Under the pieces are notes generated by a model. That model worked only from the letters and a program-made list of their open reading frames with translations. It did no database searches and was not told where the DNA came from. A program made the translations under genes and the position numbers. Shown in pieces: positions 13,777-26,530 of a DNA stretch of 33,386 nt. This DNA comes from Jimgerdemannia flammicorona. Its lineage: Eukaryota. Positions within the stretch are counted from its first letter, which is position 1, and every line of letters begins with the position of its first letter. The stretch is from positions 1-33,386 of the forward strand of contig RBNJ01000314.1 of the NCBI GenBank assembly GCA_003990765.1, written 5' to 3'.

Positions 13777-14728
13777 TCAGACCATCTCCCGGTTCAGCCT
13801 CTCCCGGTTCGGCTCTTCCGCGTCGGCCCTGGCAGTGACGACGATGTGATCGGCGCGCCTCGCCGCGAAGTTGTGGTCCGCTTCGGTGGACGGGCCACGG
13901 GGCTGGCGGGCGGGCGGATTGGCGACGTTGGAGGAGCGGACACGCCGATGGCTGCAGGGGGGTGTGGGTTATGTTAGTTTAGCGATGTTTTATAGAATCG
14001 TTGTCCAAGCTGTTGCCGGATTCTAAGGAACTTACAGGCTAGACTCAGATCCGCGTGCCAAATCCTCGTTCGCGCCGCGATCCGGACCTTCCAACGGCTC
14101 ATCTGGGGTGGCACCAATAACCTCCAGTTGCAGTCTCCGGATACGTTCGAGGATGCTGTCGAACTCCTTGGTGGTTGTACCAGTCCTCCTCGCCTCTAAC
14201 CTGATATCCTCGATGGCCCGGAACACGCCGGACGGCTCCGGTTCGTGCGGGACGTGCGGGACGGGCGGGGCGGGTGGGGCCTGGTTGGCGTGGGCAGGCG
14301 ATATAGGCTCTTTGGGGAAGGCCGAGAAAGATGGCATGTTCGCGACAACGGTGGGGGTGTCCTCGTCGATGTCGATGAGATTGGCCCGTGGAGGTTGGGT
14401 GATTATGGGTGCCGTTGAGGGTTGGTTCATTATGGATTCCAGGAGGTCCAGATCGAACCCAGAAATGATGGAAAGTGGGTCCTGGGCGAAACTACCGGTA
14501 TTGACAGGAGTGGGCAAGAGGACGGGATATGAAGTTTCTGCATCTGTGCTCAAGAGGTCTATTTGTGAAGCCAATGTGATACCAATAAATGTATTGTGTG
14601 TGGAGATATCACCAAAGATTGGTTGTAATCGGATGATAAGTAGATGAGGAAAAAGGCTAACGCTCCTACCTTGCTGACCATAGTCCATATCCGGGTTCGA
14701 ATCCTCAACGACACTCTTGCTCTCGACT

Positions 14729-14759
<31 letters not shown>

Positions 14760-16263
14760 TCGTGTAAAGTTACCGTTTGAAAATCTTACATGTTTGAGGA
14801 CAAGGAGAAGCCAAAATTCCTACCACACTCCTCCGTCCATGAAGAGGTTTCCGTAATGACAAGCTCTGTCTCAACTTTGCATTGTTTGAAATTGTTCGCA
14901 TTTAGTCTTTGTTGGACAATACCAGTTACCAATAATAAAGATTCAGCAATAATAAAGATTCAGCAATAATAAAGATTCAGCAGATATTCAACATACCTTC
15001 CGGCTTCTCAAGTGCTTGTATTATTCAGAACAAAGGTTTGAAACAGGCCAAGTTGGGTAATTTGGTATTTGTAAAACAACGACTGTTCGAAATATTTATC
15101 CACCAAGAACGATAAGAAGCTAACTACCTTTATGATCTTTGGTTTGCCCCAGGTCTGGTTTTGCAACCACGTCGCTCTTCTCAACTTGAAAACGTGATGA
15201 TATTTTCATGTGTTTAAATTGTATAAATGATTGCTGTATGAGAACAATTGACCAGGATATGTGGATGACCCATTACATTCTTACCGTTGTGATCCTTGGA
15301 AATATTCTCACTCTCAACTTGATGGTTTGGTATTCCAGAAGTGGGAATGAATAAGCGTAGAATCGAAACAAATTGATAAACAGACAGGCCCGACACAGAG
15401 AGCAACAATCATAGGTATACCTTTTCCACCTTGTTCAGGTGAAGCATGATGCTCCGTTGGGCGCTCGTCTGACCGGATGTGGCGATACACAAATGAGGGC
15501 CGTAAAAATTGACGATATGGGCATGGCTAATGGTGCGTTTTAGCAAAATTGATACCCAAAACCATAGGGTGATGCATCAGGTGTTACTTACCATCACCAC
15601 GGAGAGCTGGCGCATCGGTAAAAGCTGTAGCAGCACGAACCAGCATGGTGACTGATTCAGCGGAGATGGGAGAAGTGGATTGAGTCCCTGGAGAAAGGTT
15701 GGTTAATTGTTAGAATTTGTTCAAATATGTAAATTCACGAATGCCGAGGTAAAATGTCTGAATTTCGTGATGAAAATACCTTCTTCAAGGCTAGACAAGA
15801 TGGAAAGGTTGTGGGACCTCCACGACCTTGGCCGATGGTACTCAGGCTTAGGCAACGGCTTCATGGTATTTTCTTGAATATTTTCGTTCTGGCTCTGGGT
15901 GGGCGGAACGAAGGACGTCTGCGTGTGGGTAGCGTCGGATCCACCGCCAACCTGCCCGGCGTGCGGCTTTTCGGCGTAGCTGGGCGCCCAGACGCTATTG
16001 CTGCTTGACCCGCCCCAGGTTGGCTGGGCTCCAGTACCTTGATTTGGGCTGCCAAAAAGGACTTTCTGGTTCCACTGGCGCCAGCCAGGAGGTCCTGGAA
16101 CGAGTGGCGGTCCTCCGGGAGCTCCTCGCGGGGGGCCTCGCGTGAAGCGGAGGGGAGGCAGGGGTATGTCGACGCCTGGCTCACCCATAGGGGCATCAGC
16201 GGGGATGTGAAGGAGAGAACGGACAGAAAAGGTAACTTTCCGTTGGTCTTTCTGTGGGTCCAT
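13777..16263 (-). CDS. Orphan, largely disordered protein (~513 aa), 10 exons including a short-exon array; C-terminal RQPRGP motif
   Basis: Hand-built model with exons 16263-15780, 15687-15592, 15468-15421, 15317-15285, 15184-15128, 15014-14997, 14874-14824, 14726-14670, 14558-14036, 13951-13777. All introns are GT-AG, the total is 1542 nt, and the frame is open from MDPQKDQRKVTF to RERLNREMV*. No family recognised. Confidence 0.65.
14931..14981. repeat. 17-bp tandem repeat x3 (AATAATAAAGATTCAGC), intronic
   Basis: Three exact adjacent copies. Confidence 0.9.
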
Positions 16264-18383
16264 TTTTGGCAAGAGAAAAGCGAGGAACGAAGAGGGGAAC
16301 AGACCAAAAAAAAAAGGGAGATGGCACGTGGCTGGATTCACAGCATCATCATCATCACATCATGTCCGCCAACCCACCATCCGCTCGTGACGGCCACCTC
16401 TGTTTCATTATTTATTTATTTATTTTTACAAACTACATTGCCGCAATCTCGCTCTCTTCTTTAATACGCACCCCGTCTAGGGGCGGGAAGATTGAGGAGT
16501 GTTTTGGGGTTTGGATGAGCTTAGAGTTTCATAGATGGCTCAGGAGGCGAAAGAGCGGTCTTGGCCGTCTTTCAGGAGGTTGAGGATATCATTCTGGTAG
16601 TCCATGGAGAGGATGGGGGAACGACCTTCAGCACGGCACGATTCGTGGAATAACGTTGATTGCATAAGTGGTTCTGGCAAATGAAATCTGGTAGTAGCAT
16701 AGGTCTGGACAGTCACAACCTTGCCTTTTCCCTTCATTCACATGTTGCACAAAATCAAACAAGATTAAGAAACTTGTTATTCTCGACGAGGTGACTGTAT
16801 CGAATGCTAGTAACACCGCAATTACAATAAACGGCGAAAATTAGAAGAGTCGCGCAAACTTTGCTATTGGTACGTGCATTCAATCCCAAATATTGTAATG
16901 CCAGCCAGATACCAACTGACTGAAGGAGGGATTACAATCCTCAAAGGTGAAGATATTTGCTGTAATAAATTCATTTAATCCGCCCTGCAATTCTCATCCA
17001 TATATATATATATATAGCGACGAAGGCCTAATAGATACAACACATGTCTCAAAACATTGTTTCAAATATCATTATAATGAAACAGAGGTTATTCTCCGCA
17101 TAACCGTGTAAAAAATAGGAATAAAATAAAATAAAAAAGAGGAAGGAATAAATAAAGAGGTGGTGATATGCTTTATTTCTGCAGATAACACCTAATGTCC
17201 TCTTAATGCATATTCCACGTGTAATTTACATTTTATGGCGCGACCGGCGTATGTTTATCAATTAGTCCGTAGTGCACCCCAAAGGTTATAAAGGCTTTAT
17301 TCCGTAACTCAATCAAACAATTGACAAACCTGATGATATTATCAATCTACAGAGCAATGACAAAAAGCACCAAACAGCAACAAGATGTTACGCTCGCGAA
17401 AGAACAACATTTCGGATGGGGGAATGGGGCGAACCATAATGTTGCAAGACCGTGCAAAGAACTGATGTCATGAGAGCCGAGGGATTATGGTTAATATCTT
17501 CTGTCGTTTTGACATTTCCGCAACAGCCAAGACGACACACGTCCCTAACAAATACAGGATGGCCTATTCTCGAGTTGTCCATACCTCCATATACAATCCG
17601 AAGGGTCTCGCGGGAAGGTTTAAAACACTTTCCTCGTTGCCCTGATCAGGATGGTTCATGCATGTACGACGTACTTCGTAATTGGGATCCGTTCCGGAAA
17701 AACGAACATCCGCCACCCCTCCACCAACTACCGACGCGTCGGGCGATCCCGTCCCGATTCGAAGGGCACGTGTTCAAAAGTCCTGCATATCCATTACCGA
17801 ACGATACGTCAGAGTACGGAAGACTGGACATGTAACATTTGCTAATGAGATATATTTTTCAGAGGTCCTTATTTTATTTTTGGGGGGAGTGAGGGGGTGG
17901 GCCTGTCGGTGGTATGGTGCGGTTTTCGAAGCACTTGCAAAACTGTGGAAAGTTTTATTGACAATTAACAGGCGCCCATGATTTAAAGCGCGGGATCAAG
18001 GTCCTCGAATGTCTCTCATTTCGTCATATGGCATGGACGCCACATATTCCGTCGCTAATTATGCAGTAACCCAACCACAAAAGCCGCGGCACGGGCGTCA
18101 CTACACTCATCGCACGAAGCTCGTTCTCCAGGCTCAATTTGGAGCTGGTTGTTGTTTGTAGGATGCAATAAAGTTAATAGAGTTGACCTGGTCATGGCAA
18201 TCCCGCTCCCTGGTCTGCCACGTGGTCGGGGGGGGGGGATGGGCGGGTGATGGTTCAATATATTAGGGGATGATGTGTCGTGCGGAAGAATGGCGTGACA
18301 CGATGGTTCGTGGTTGTGACTGGCCATTTATATCATAGAACCTTGCTGTCCTCTCCCGCTTCTCCGCCACCTCACAAGATCCA

Positions 18384-19935
18384 ATGCCGCCCAAGCTCCA
18401 CCCCCAGCGGCAGCAGCACCAGCACCAGCACCAGCAACCACCACCACTTGCTGACACCCTTCGTCTATGTGCGTCCTGCGCATACAAGGGTCTCCGAGAT
18501 GCCTTCTCATGGCCAAAGACCCTGATCACAATATACGCGTGAGTTGTGAGTCATGTACGAAGCAAACCAGCCACCAGACGATCCGCCATTTATACTCCCC
18601 CTTCACCTCTTCATCTAGCTCGAAGACCATTCAGAGCGCGACGTTGCGGTGCATAATCCTCAACGGCGTCATCTTTCTCGGCAGCATGCTCTTCTTTGAA
18701 CGGCTCGTTATGCCGACATTGCATTTTGTTTTTGGCGTCAGTAATAGCCAGGGTTACGACGAGGCGGCTCCATTTTTTTTTAAGGCTGTGTACTCGGCCT
18801 TCCGGCTATTCTACAACGTACGTGCACGACCTAACGCGTAATGAATCTGAACGAGATCTCGAAGTAGCCTCTCGCCCTCGTACCCTTATAATCAAATCTA
18901 GTACTCAATGCTCTTCCTCCCCCCTCTTCCTACCCCCTCTTCCCACCAACAGATATTCTGGGTGTACCCCATTTACGCGGCCAGCTTCATCCTTAATTCG
19001 ATCTGGTACCAACAGATTGCCGACCGGGCCTACCAGATGCAGCAGGCCTCCAACACCTCCAATCCGAGCCGTGGCACCATCTCGCCCGCCGCACCGCCAC
19101 CCTCCTTCCTCGCCCGCCTTCCCGACGAAATCTACCGCGCTCTCTTCTTCGCGAACTACCTCGTCCTCATCTCCGTCGTCTACTCCATCCCTGTTGTTGG
19201 GCCAGGTGTATCGCTTCTGTTCTTCACATGGATTACGGCGTACTACTGCTTCGAGTACGTAGGTGGTTGTATGGGTGGTCGTATGACGTTGTTAGCGTTC
19301 TCTATTTCTCACGAAATTACTCGATGCTGAACAGGTACACGTGGATTAGCCGTGGCTGGAAGCTGGAGCAGCGCCTCGAGTACTTTGAGGAGCACTGGGC
19401 CTACTTCGCTGGCTTCGGTTCGTTGCCTTTCCTTTCCCCCCCCTTTCCCTCTCCCCCTTTTCATTAAGATCGGTTATGACTATATCCTCAATCACTCATC
19501 TCAGTGTTTATAATTGTTCTCGCCGCGATTACTTGTAGGTCTCCCCCTCGCCCTCATCACTTTCTTCCTAAGCACGCTTGTAGGCGCAGGAGTGTTTGCT
19601 ATATTCTTCCCATGTGTGAGTATGCAGCACCATTTGAAAAGCTTTGTTTACTAGTAACATGTGCGACATTGTTCCATCTTAGCACCGAAAAACAATATTT
19701 AACATTGCCAAATTCCCCAACCTCTCCCTTACTCCAGTACATTATTATGGCGACTCTCGCCCTCCCCTATCCTCGCTCGGGCTCGTCGCGCCAGCAGTTC
19801 CACCGCTTCATCCCTTACCGCCTCTCAATTTTCTACCCGGTGCGCAAGATGAATGCCATGGCCATCGCCGTTATGAGGATCCTGGGCGGCGGCCGGATCG
19901 GAGGCGGTGTGGGGGCGGTGAGGGCGAGGGGGTAG
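18384..19935 (+). CDS. EI24: Etoposide-induced protein 2.4 (EI24) family multi-pass membrane protein, multi-exon
   Basis: ATG 18384: MPPKLHPQRQQHQHQHQQ...GLRDAFSW. Then LRCIILNGVIFLGS, IFWVYPIYAASFILNSIWYQQIADRAY, IPVVGPGVSLLFFTWITAYYCFE|YTWISRGWKLEQRLEYFEEHWAYFAGFG|LPLALITF...GVFAIFFP, and RLSIF. These are hallmark EI24 blocks. TAG 19933-19935. Confidence 0.9.
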
Positions 19936-20117
19936 AGGCGGGAAAAGGATGCAGCTGGTGCGAGTGGAATTGTAGTGGTGGAATGAACTTTTTGAAGGTT
20001 CCATGAAGTGGTAGCGGTGAGGGCGAGGGGGTAGAGGCGGGAAAAGGATACAGCTGGTGCGAGTGGAATTGTGGTGGTGGAATGAACTTTTTGAAGGTTC
20101 CATGAAGTGGTGGCGGT
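19915..20117. repeat. 99-bp direct tandem duplication spanning the EI24 stop codon
   Basis: Copy 1 at 19915-20013 and copy 2 at 20014-20112 differ at 3 A/G positions. GCGGT microhomology recurs at 19915, 20014 and 20113. Confidence 0.95.
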
Positions 20118-20359
20118 AATTGGGCTTGTCTGTCTATATGTGTAATTCTTATCTACAACCATCATGTATTATAACGGTTCCAATCTCTCCTTTACTGTGT
20201 CCCCATTCCCAAGGATGTTTTGTATATGCATTGTCAGAGCTTCGGATCAACTGTTTTTTTTTTTTTTTTTGCTTTTTCTCGTGGATCTTCTTTGCCATGT
20301 AATGTGAACACATGACATCCTAGAATCACCTCATGCGTATCTATTCCCGCCTTTCTACC

Positions 20360-23300
20360 TTACTCCAACAGCCTTTCCACCTCCTCCACGGTCCTCGGCA
20401 AGATGGTGGCCGGGTATTCGTACGCGGCCGTCGGATCCTCGACGGCGTCGCTGATCCGCTGGTAGGCGCGCACGAACTCGCGCACGGCGCGCTGGTTCAC
20501 GCCACGCGCGAGCCGCGGCGAGGACAATCTCGACAGCCGCGCTGAACTGTCTACGCTAACGGAGATGAGGAACGCGTCCAGCGTTGAGAGCGTCTGCGTC
20601 AGCGTGCGAGAGTCCAGGCCTGGGAGGGTCGAGAGCGGAGTCTGTGTATAGCAACATGGAAGTTGGGTTCTTTCAACGGAATGGCATGTGGTAGCACGGA
20701 GAGGTGGCACGGGAGATGGGTTTTTCGAGACGCTGTAACGATATTACCACTTACCTCTGCGTCTTTTGAGTCCAACGCTTGGATAACCCTCGCCAGCCCC
20801 GATTGTCTCAACAGAGTATGATACTGTTCCAAAGGAAAGTTTCACAAATCAGTGTAGTCGACGGACGTCGAGGCTTCAGAGCATCAGAGAGGTCACGGAG
20901 AAACCTCTCCAAGGTTAGAACCATTTACAATGTAATACGAAACACACCTGTTCTTTCACCAAGACGTCCAGATTTGTCTCAATCTCCGTTTCGAGCATTC
21001 GCGCTCGTGCCTCAGTAAACGAATACAACACCAACGCCGACTACAGCATTTCAATCACAGAATTGCATCGCCAGTTTATCAGAAACCAATATAATCCCCC
21101 AAACCCTCATCTTCTTAGCCCTCTTCCAACCCATATTTTGTGCACTCATTACCCACCTGCACATGATGCATACAATTAATCATATGCACGGCGCGATCGA
21201 ACGCGTTCAGCTGCTTGGCGCCCAGCTCGCACATCTGTATCAAGGGGTCTACCACGGCATCGAGAATCGTCGAGAAGTCGTTGAAAGGGCGCGTGGTGGA
21301 TTCGGAGTCGTCTTTGGTAAGGAAGGAGGAGTCGTACGAGGACATTATTTCTTTCTGTACGACGGATAGTGGATAATTGGATTGAAGCGTTCTTTGTTGA
21401 TAATCAAGCGAGTTGGGTGATTGCTATCATTTCGAACGGTAAGCAGCCCACAAAACCCGCCCTACCAATTGCAACACAGTCTCCTTCACCGCCGGCGGTG
21501 GAGACAAATCCGGACTAGGTGTCTGGATGGACAAACACAGAGACAGAGCATTACTAAATAAAGAGGTCGACGCGCACAATGCATTATTAATGGCCGAGCG
21601 TCCGTATTCTAGGCAAATTATCACCGCCGATGTTACCTGCAAAAACCGCAGCAGGCGCGCCGCCTGAGCGTTCAATGTTTCAAAGAACATGCGGAATGCG
21701 GCCTCTGTGATTCTGCGAGTCGGGCGAGTGTATGCAAAGCGATTTTTTCCATCCCAATGATATATTTGTTAGGTTATTGAGATTTACTAGTCGGAATTCA
21801 AATATACAGCACATATGGCCAGCCAACGGATGAAACAGAGAAAGCAAGCAAATAATGAAGCGCTTACTCGTTCAAAGTTTTTGAAAGCTCCGCTCTCTCG
21901 CCGAGCATTTTCCCGATCGTGATCGAGTAGAACTGGATCAAGTTAGAAATGCGGTAGGAGGTGATGGCACCCGGCTGCGAGATCAGCACCTGTTCGACAC
22001 GTGTCTATTGGGTAGTCGAACAAAAGACTTCCATTAGCAAAAGAGAAGTGAAGAGATTCACACAACATTACGTTCCAAAGGCCGCGGCTTCCATTGGCCC
22101 CTTCCTCACCTTGAGTGGCCTCGAGGTCCCTTCCAATACGCGATCCAGCAATTCCAGGATCGCCGACTCGTCCGACTGCAAAGCGATATGAATCACTTCA
22201 CCGTCAGCGGTTTCACCGTTCTCGTTTACGCCTTCAGGAGATCGTGGCGCTTGTTTTACGGACCGTCGGGAACCTTGTTTGCGAGAGAAAATCAGAATCC
22301 CGCCAAATAGTCTTCTGATCCGCTTCTAAGCTAAGGTCTCCCAACCCCGCGCTCCTATCAAATTCAAAACATCCCACTTCAAAACAAGTAGCTACCTACT
22401 ATTCGTACTATTTTCCCCTCGATAATCAAACAAGGCCTCCAGGAACTCCCTCTCCCCCGCCACCGCCTGATGCAGCCACGCCAGCATGTCGCCCACATAT
22501 CGTAGCGGGTCGTGCGCGTGCAGCTCGATGGGACGCGGCGTTCCTCCGGGGCCGCCGCGCGTGAGGGCATCCACGAAGGAGCGGACGACGGCGTTGCGGC
22601 GGATGTGGACGAGCTCGTCGAGGCACGATCTGCGGTAGGCGAACAAGTAGGTACCATACGTGGGTGTGGACGATGGAGGCCGAGAGGTATAGGTATCGTG
22701 TGGCAACGCCATGATGTAAATGGAAATCAACGAGGGCTTACTGGAACAACACGGGACGTTGCTTGAGGGCCTTCATTGAGCTCTTCATGGATCCGCCGAC
22801 CTCTAACGAGTCGCGGCCAAAGGAGCGACATTCGTATTGTGTCCAGCGGAAGAGCTTGTCGTATGCCGTGTCTTGGTATAATGCCATCGACTCCATGATC
22901 TCCAGCCTAATGACCACGGGAAACAAGTCGATCGGCGTTACGACTGTGAACTTTCTCTCTCCATCGTTTTCTTTCTCCACCCCCGTCATCGAACTCTTTC
23001 AATCACCACACACAACAGCGAAAACTTACCCAGCTCTCTGATGTTCGCTGATCAGCAACGCCTTACAATCTCCGTGTATCTGCTGCAGATGTTTGAGCGC
23101 GTCGAAGAACTCGGGTCCCACGGTCGCCGAGGGTGAGCATAGGACGGCGACTTCGGCCTCCGAGAGCGTGAACCGTTCTAGGAACGCATCGATGATGATC
23201 TTGCGCGTTTCGCAGGCTTTACTGTGACGAGTTCAGGGTGGTTTGAGATCGGTGAGCTTGTGTATATTGGGATATGTGTTTTGGTTTGGTGGTCGCGCAT

Positions 23301-23797
23301 AAGCGAGAAGGGAACCTACCTTTGTGTCTTGAGACTGTCGGCTTGTTCCAGCATCATGGAAGTCTGTGCGTTCGCAGAGTCCAGGCGGCTCTTCATTTCT
23401 CCGCAACATTGCTGCATCGTCGCCATCTCGTTCTCCAGCGTTAGCAGTTGCTGATCGTCAGGGAGAGGAACGACGAGGCAGGGTAAAAGAGTTTAAGGGT
23501 GCATACATGTCCATCATTGACACGACCAAGCAAACCTCCCTAAATCGACGCCTCACCCACCTCATTGACCTTCCCAAATGCCTCCAAGAAGCGCCTGTTG
23601 TTCTCCATGGCTCTCCGCTCGATGTCACCGCGCAGGTTCCTTCGCGCGTCGGGGGTGTTGGAATGGTAAAAGTCGGAAAGGGCCTCGAGGGCCTGCTTCG
23701 TGCGTTGGTCATCGAGGGAGGAGGAGAGGATTTTGTTGAGCTTGACGGAGAGGGGGTTGTTCGTGGAGGGGGTGAGGTTCAGCACAGGGTCCTCCAT
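20360..23797 (-). CDS. COG6: Conserved oligomeric Golgi complex subunit 6, multi-exon
   Basis: ATG 23797: [30 protein letters not shown]...[15 protein letters not shown]. Further blocks: [34 protein letters not shown], the diagnostic [38 protein letters not shown], and C-terminus [14 protein letters not shown]. Confidence 0.95.
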
Positions 23798-24214
23798 GGC
23801 GCGTTGGAGGTTAGGGTTCGCCGCTGTGTTTGTACTTATAATGATATAACAGTCCCTACTTGACATTTCTGCACATTTCCCATAATTGATAATACCCTAG
23901 GGCCCACATTTATTTCCTTCCGGAAACGCGAAACATATTCACATCAATGATATTCACATAAGGGCTCACCACCATATCACCATATAAAGTCTACCTCCTT
24001 ATACTAACACTACGATAGTGTTCGGAATATTACAAATAGCAACACTGCGAAAAAATGCCAGTAGAAGAAAAAGGGAAGGTGAAAGAGGGGAGGGGGGGGG
24101 GAGAAGGGGGGGAGAGGCTTGAACTCATGGAATCATTATCTCACTAAACTGAGAGATAACGTATGCGAAGAAAAGATAAAATCCGCGTAGAAATGGGAAC
24201 TATAACATAGGCAA

Positions 24215-25079
<865 letters not shown>

Positions 25080-25516
25080 GTTTGGATCGTTGGAGTTGGG
25101 TGTTGTGTTGGGGTGAAACTGTACGGGGTACGGGAAAGTGCAGCGCCAAGAGAAGATAAATATATAGGATTCGTTGTTTGCGGGTGTTATTTATAGTCGG
25201 GGGGGAGGGGGTGAGGCGGTGGCGTAGTCAGGTATGGTTTCGAAGGTAAAGGGGAGTGAACAGGGCAAGGGACGAGAGGGTGTGAAAGGTTACCTTTGTT
25301 GAAATACAGGTTCGAGTGGTTGTGGGGAAAAGAGCGGTGGGGCTTTACCGCAGTCGTTAGTTCAGCGGGCCGGCACCCACGCACACCGCACTGGCTACTG
25401 ATCATGTGAAATGCCTACGTAAGTCACCCGCATGTCTCGCGTGACCTTTTCTCTTCAACGCTGCGGCTCCACCGGATTCTACCGCCAGATCACCACATGT
25501 GCCAGTACGACATCGA

Positions 25517-26530
25517 TCATGACCCGCTATTTTGGAATCCATCCTCGATATTCACGATCAACCTGATATCATTTGCCCATTGCCTCGACCCCTGAGACTG
25601 CGTCACGAGCTTCGCCACCCCCCCTCTACGCCTGACATGCTGGTGACGATGGGGCGGAGATTGTGTGCATGTTTCAGTATTCTTGAGTGTATGTGTTGCT
25701 TGTCCCGCACATGTTGTGTTGTCCGAACAGTGGGCAAAATTCCATGTGTGCAAATACAAAGATTCGAAAAAAAATAAAATAAACAGTGGCGTGAACGAAA
25801 ATCCATCACAAAATAGATTTAACCAACAAACATGCTGGTATCTGCGGATCACAACTCTATCACATTATATTACTAGTTCTTTCAACACCCAAGCGCATAA
25901 GTGTGTCCTTGATGCTCAGAGGGACTCCGCCAGAATATGTTGATGTTGGCCAGGAGCATGCCGCAAAAGCCGGAAATGATGTGATGTCGCCAAGTGTGGG
26001 GCTTGCGAATAATGTTTTTGAGATGAAATGAGCAAAAGATACAAATCTCGCCAAGTAGCAATCGAACTTAATATACAGCTCTTCACTATTGGTGACGGCG
26101 GCGTCGGAGTGACCGTTGATATATTTGAATAACGAAAGATTCATGCAGTAACGACGAGGATCGTAAAGGTGAGACGGCGCGGATGTGGACGAGGTGTCAA
26201 TCCAGACCAGTTTAGTGTATTATTCAGGTTGTATATATACATGTCCGTCCGTAGGTGCCGCCGTACACATCGTTCATAAAGAGGGTATGCGAGCCAGCCT
26301 CGAGTATGGCACTCGCGGTCGCGGCCGAGCCGAAGCTGAGGGCATAACCGTACCCGCCATCTCGAAGGCTTGGCGGTTGGGATTGCCGTCGTGGGAGTAG
26401 TGGAAGCCCAAGTATATTTACCGCAGAGGTAGCGATACATGCGCCTCACCATTTATTCAATGTCGTAGACAAGGATATAATTAGGTGACGGTGGTCTTGT
26501 CAGGTTCCTGCCGGCGGGCGCCGATGTCAT
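25517..26530 (-). pseudogene. CYS3: Cystathionine gamma-lyase (Cys/Met metabolism PLP-dependent enzyme) pseudogene
   Basis: Collinear motifs in shifting minus-strand frames: AG/QEPDKTT, ISLSTTL, GFHYSHDGNPNRQAFE, YALSFGSAATASAILEAGSHTLFMNDVYGGTY, TKLVWIDT, LVHIRAVS, ILVV, KYINGHSD (PLP lysine), TNSEELY, FDCYLAR, SGFCGML, LAESL*, DIRLIVNIEDG. Frameshifts, stops and internal deletions separate them. Confidence 0.88.

Noticed and set aside
15469..15526. Alternative upstream TAG acceptor (15529-15527) for exon 3 of the orphan gene
   Set aside because: It gives a 106-nt exon that hits a stop in the phase-1 frame; the CAG acceptor before 15468 keeps the frame open.
17452..17835. 127-aa ORF with a CTAAC...CAG acceptor-like site near 17545-17557
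   Set aside because: No recognisable homology and no consistent upstream exon; it could be a gene relic but is not supportable by eye.
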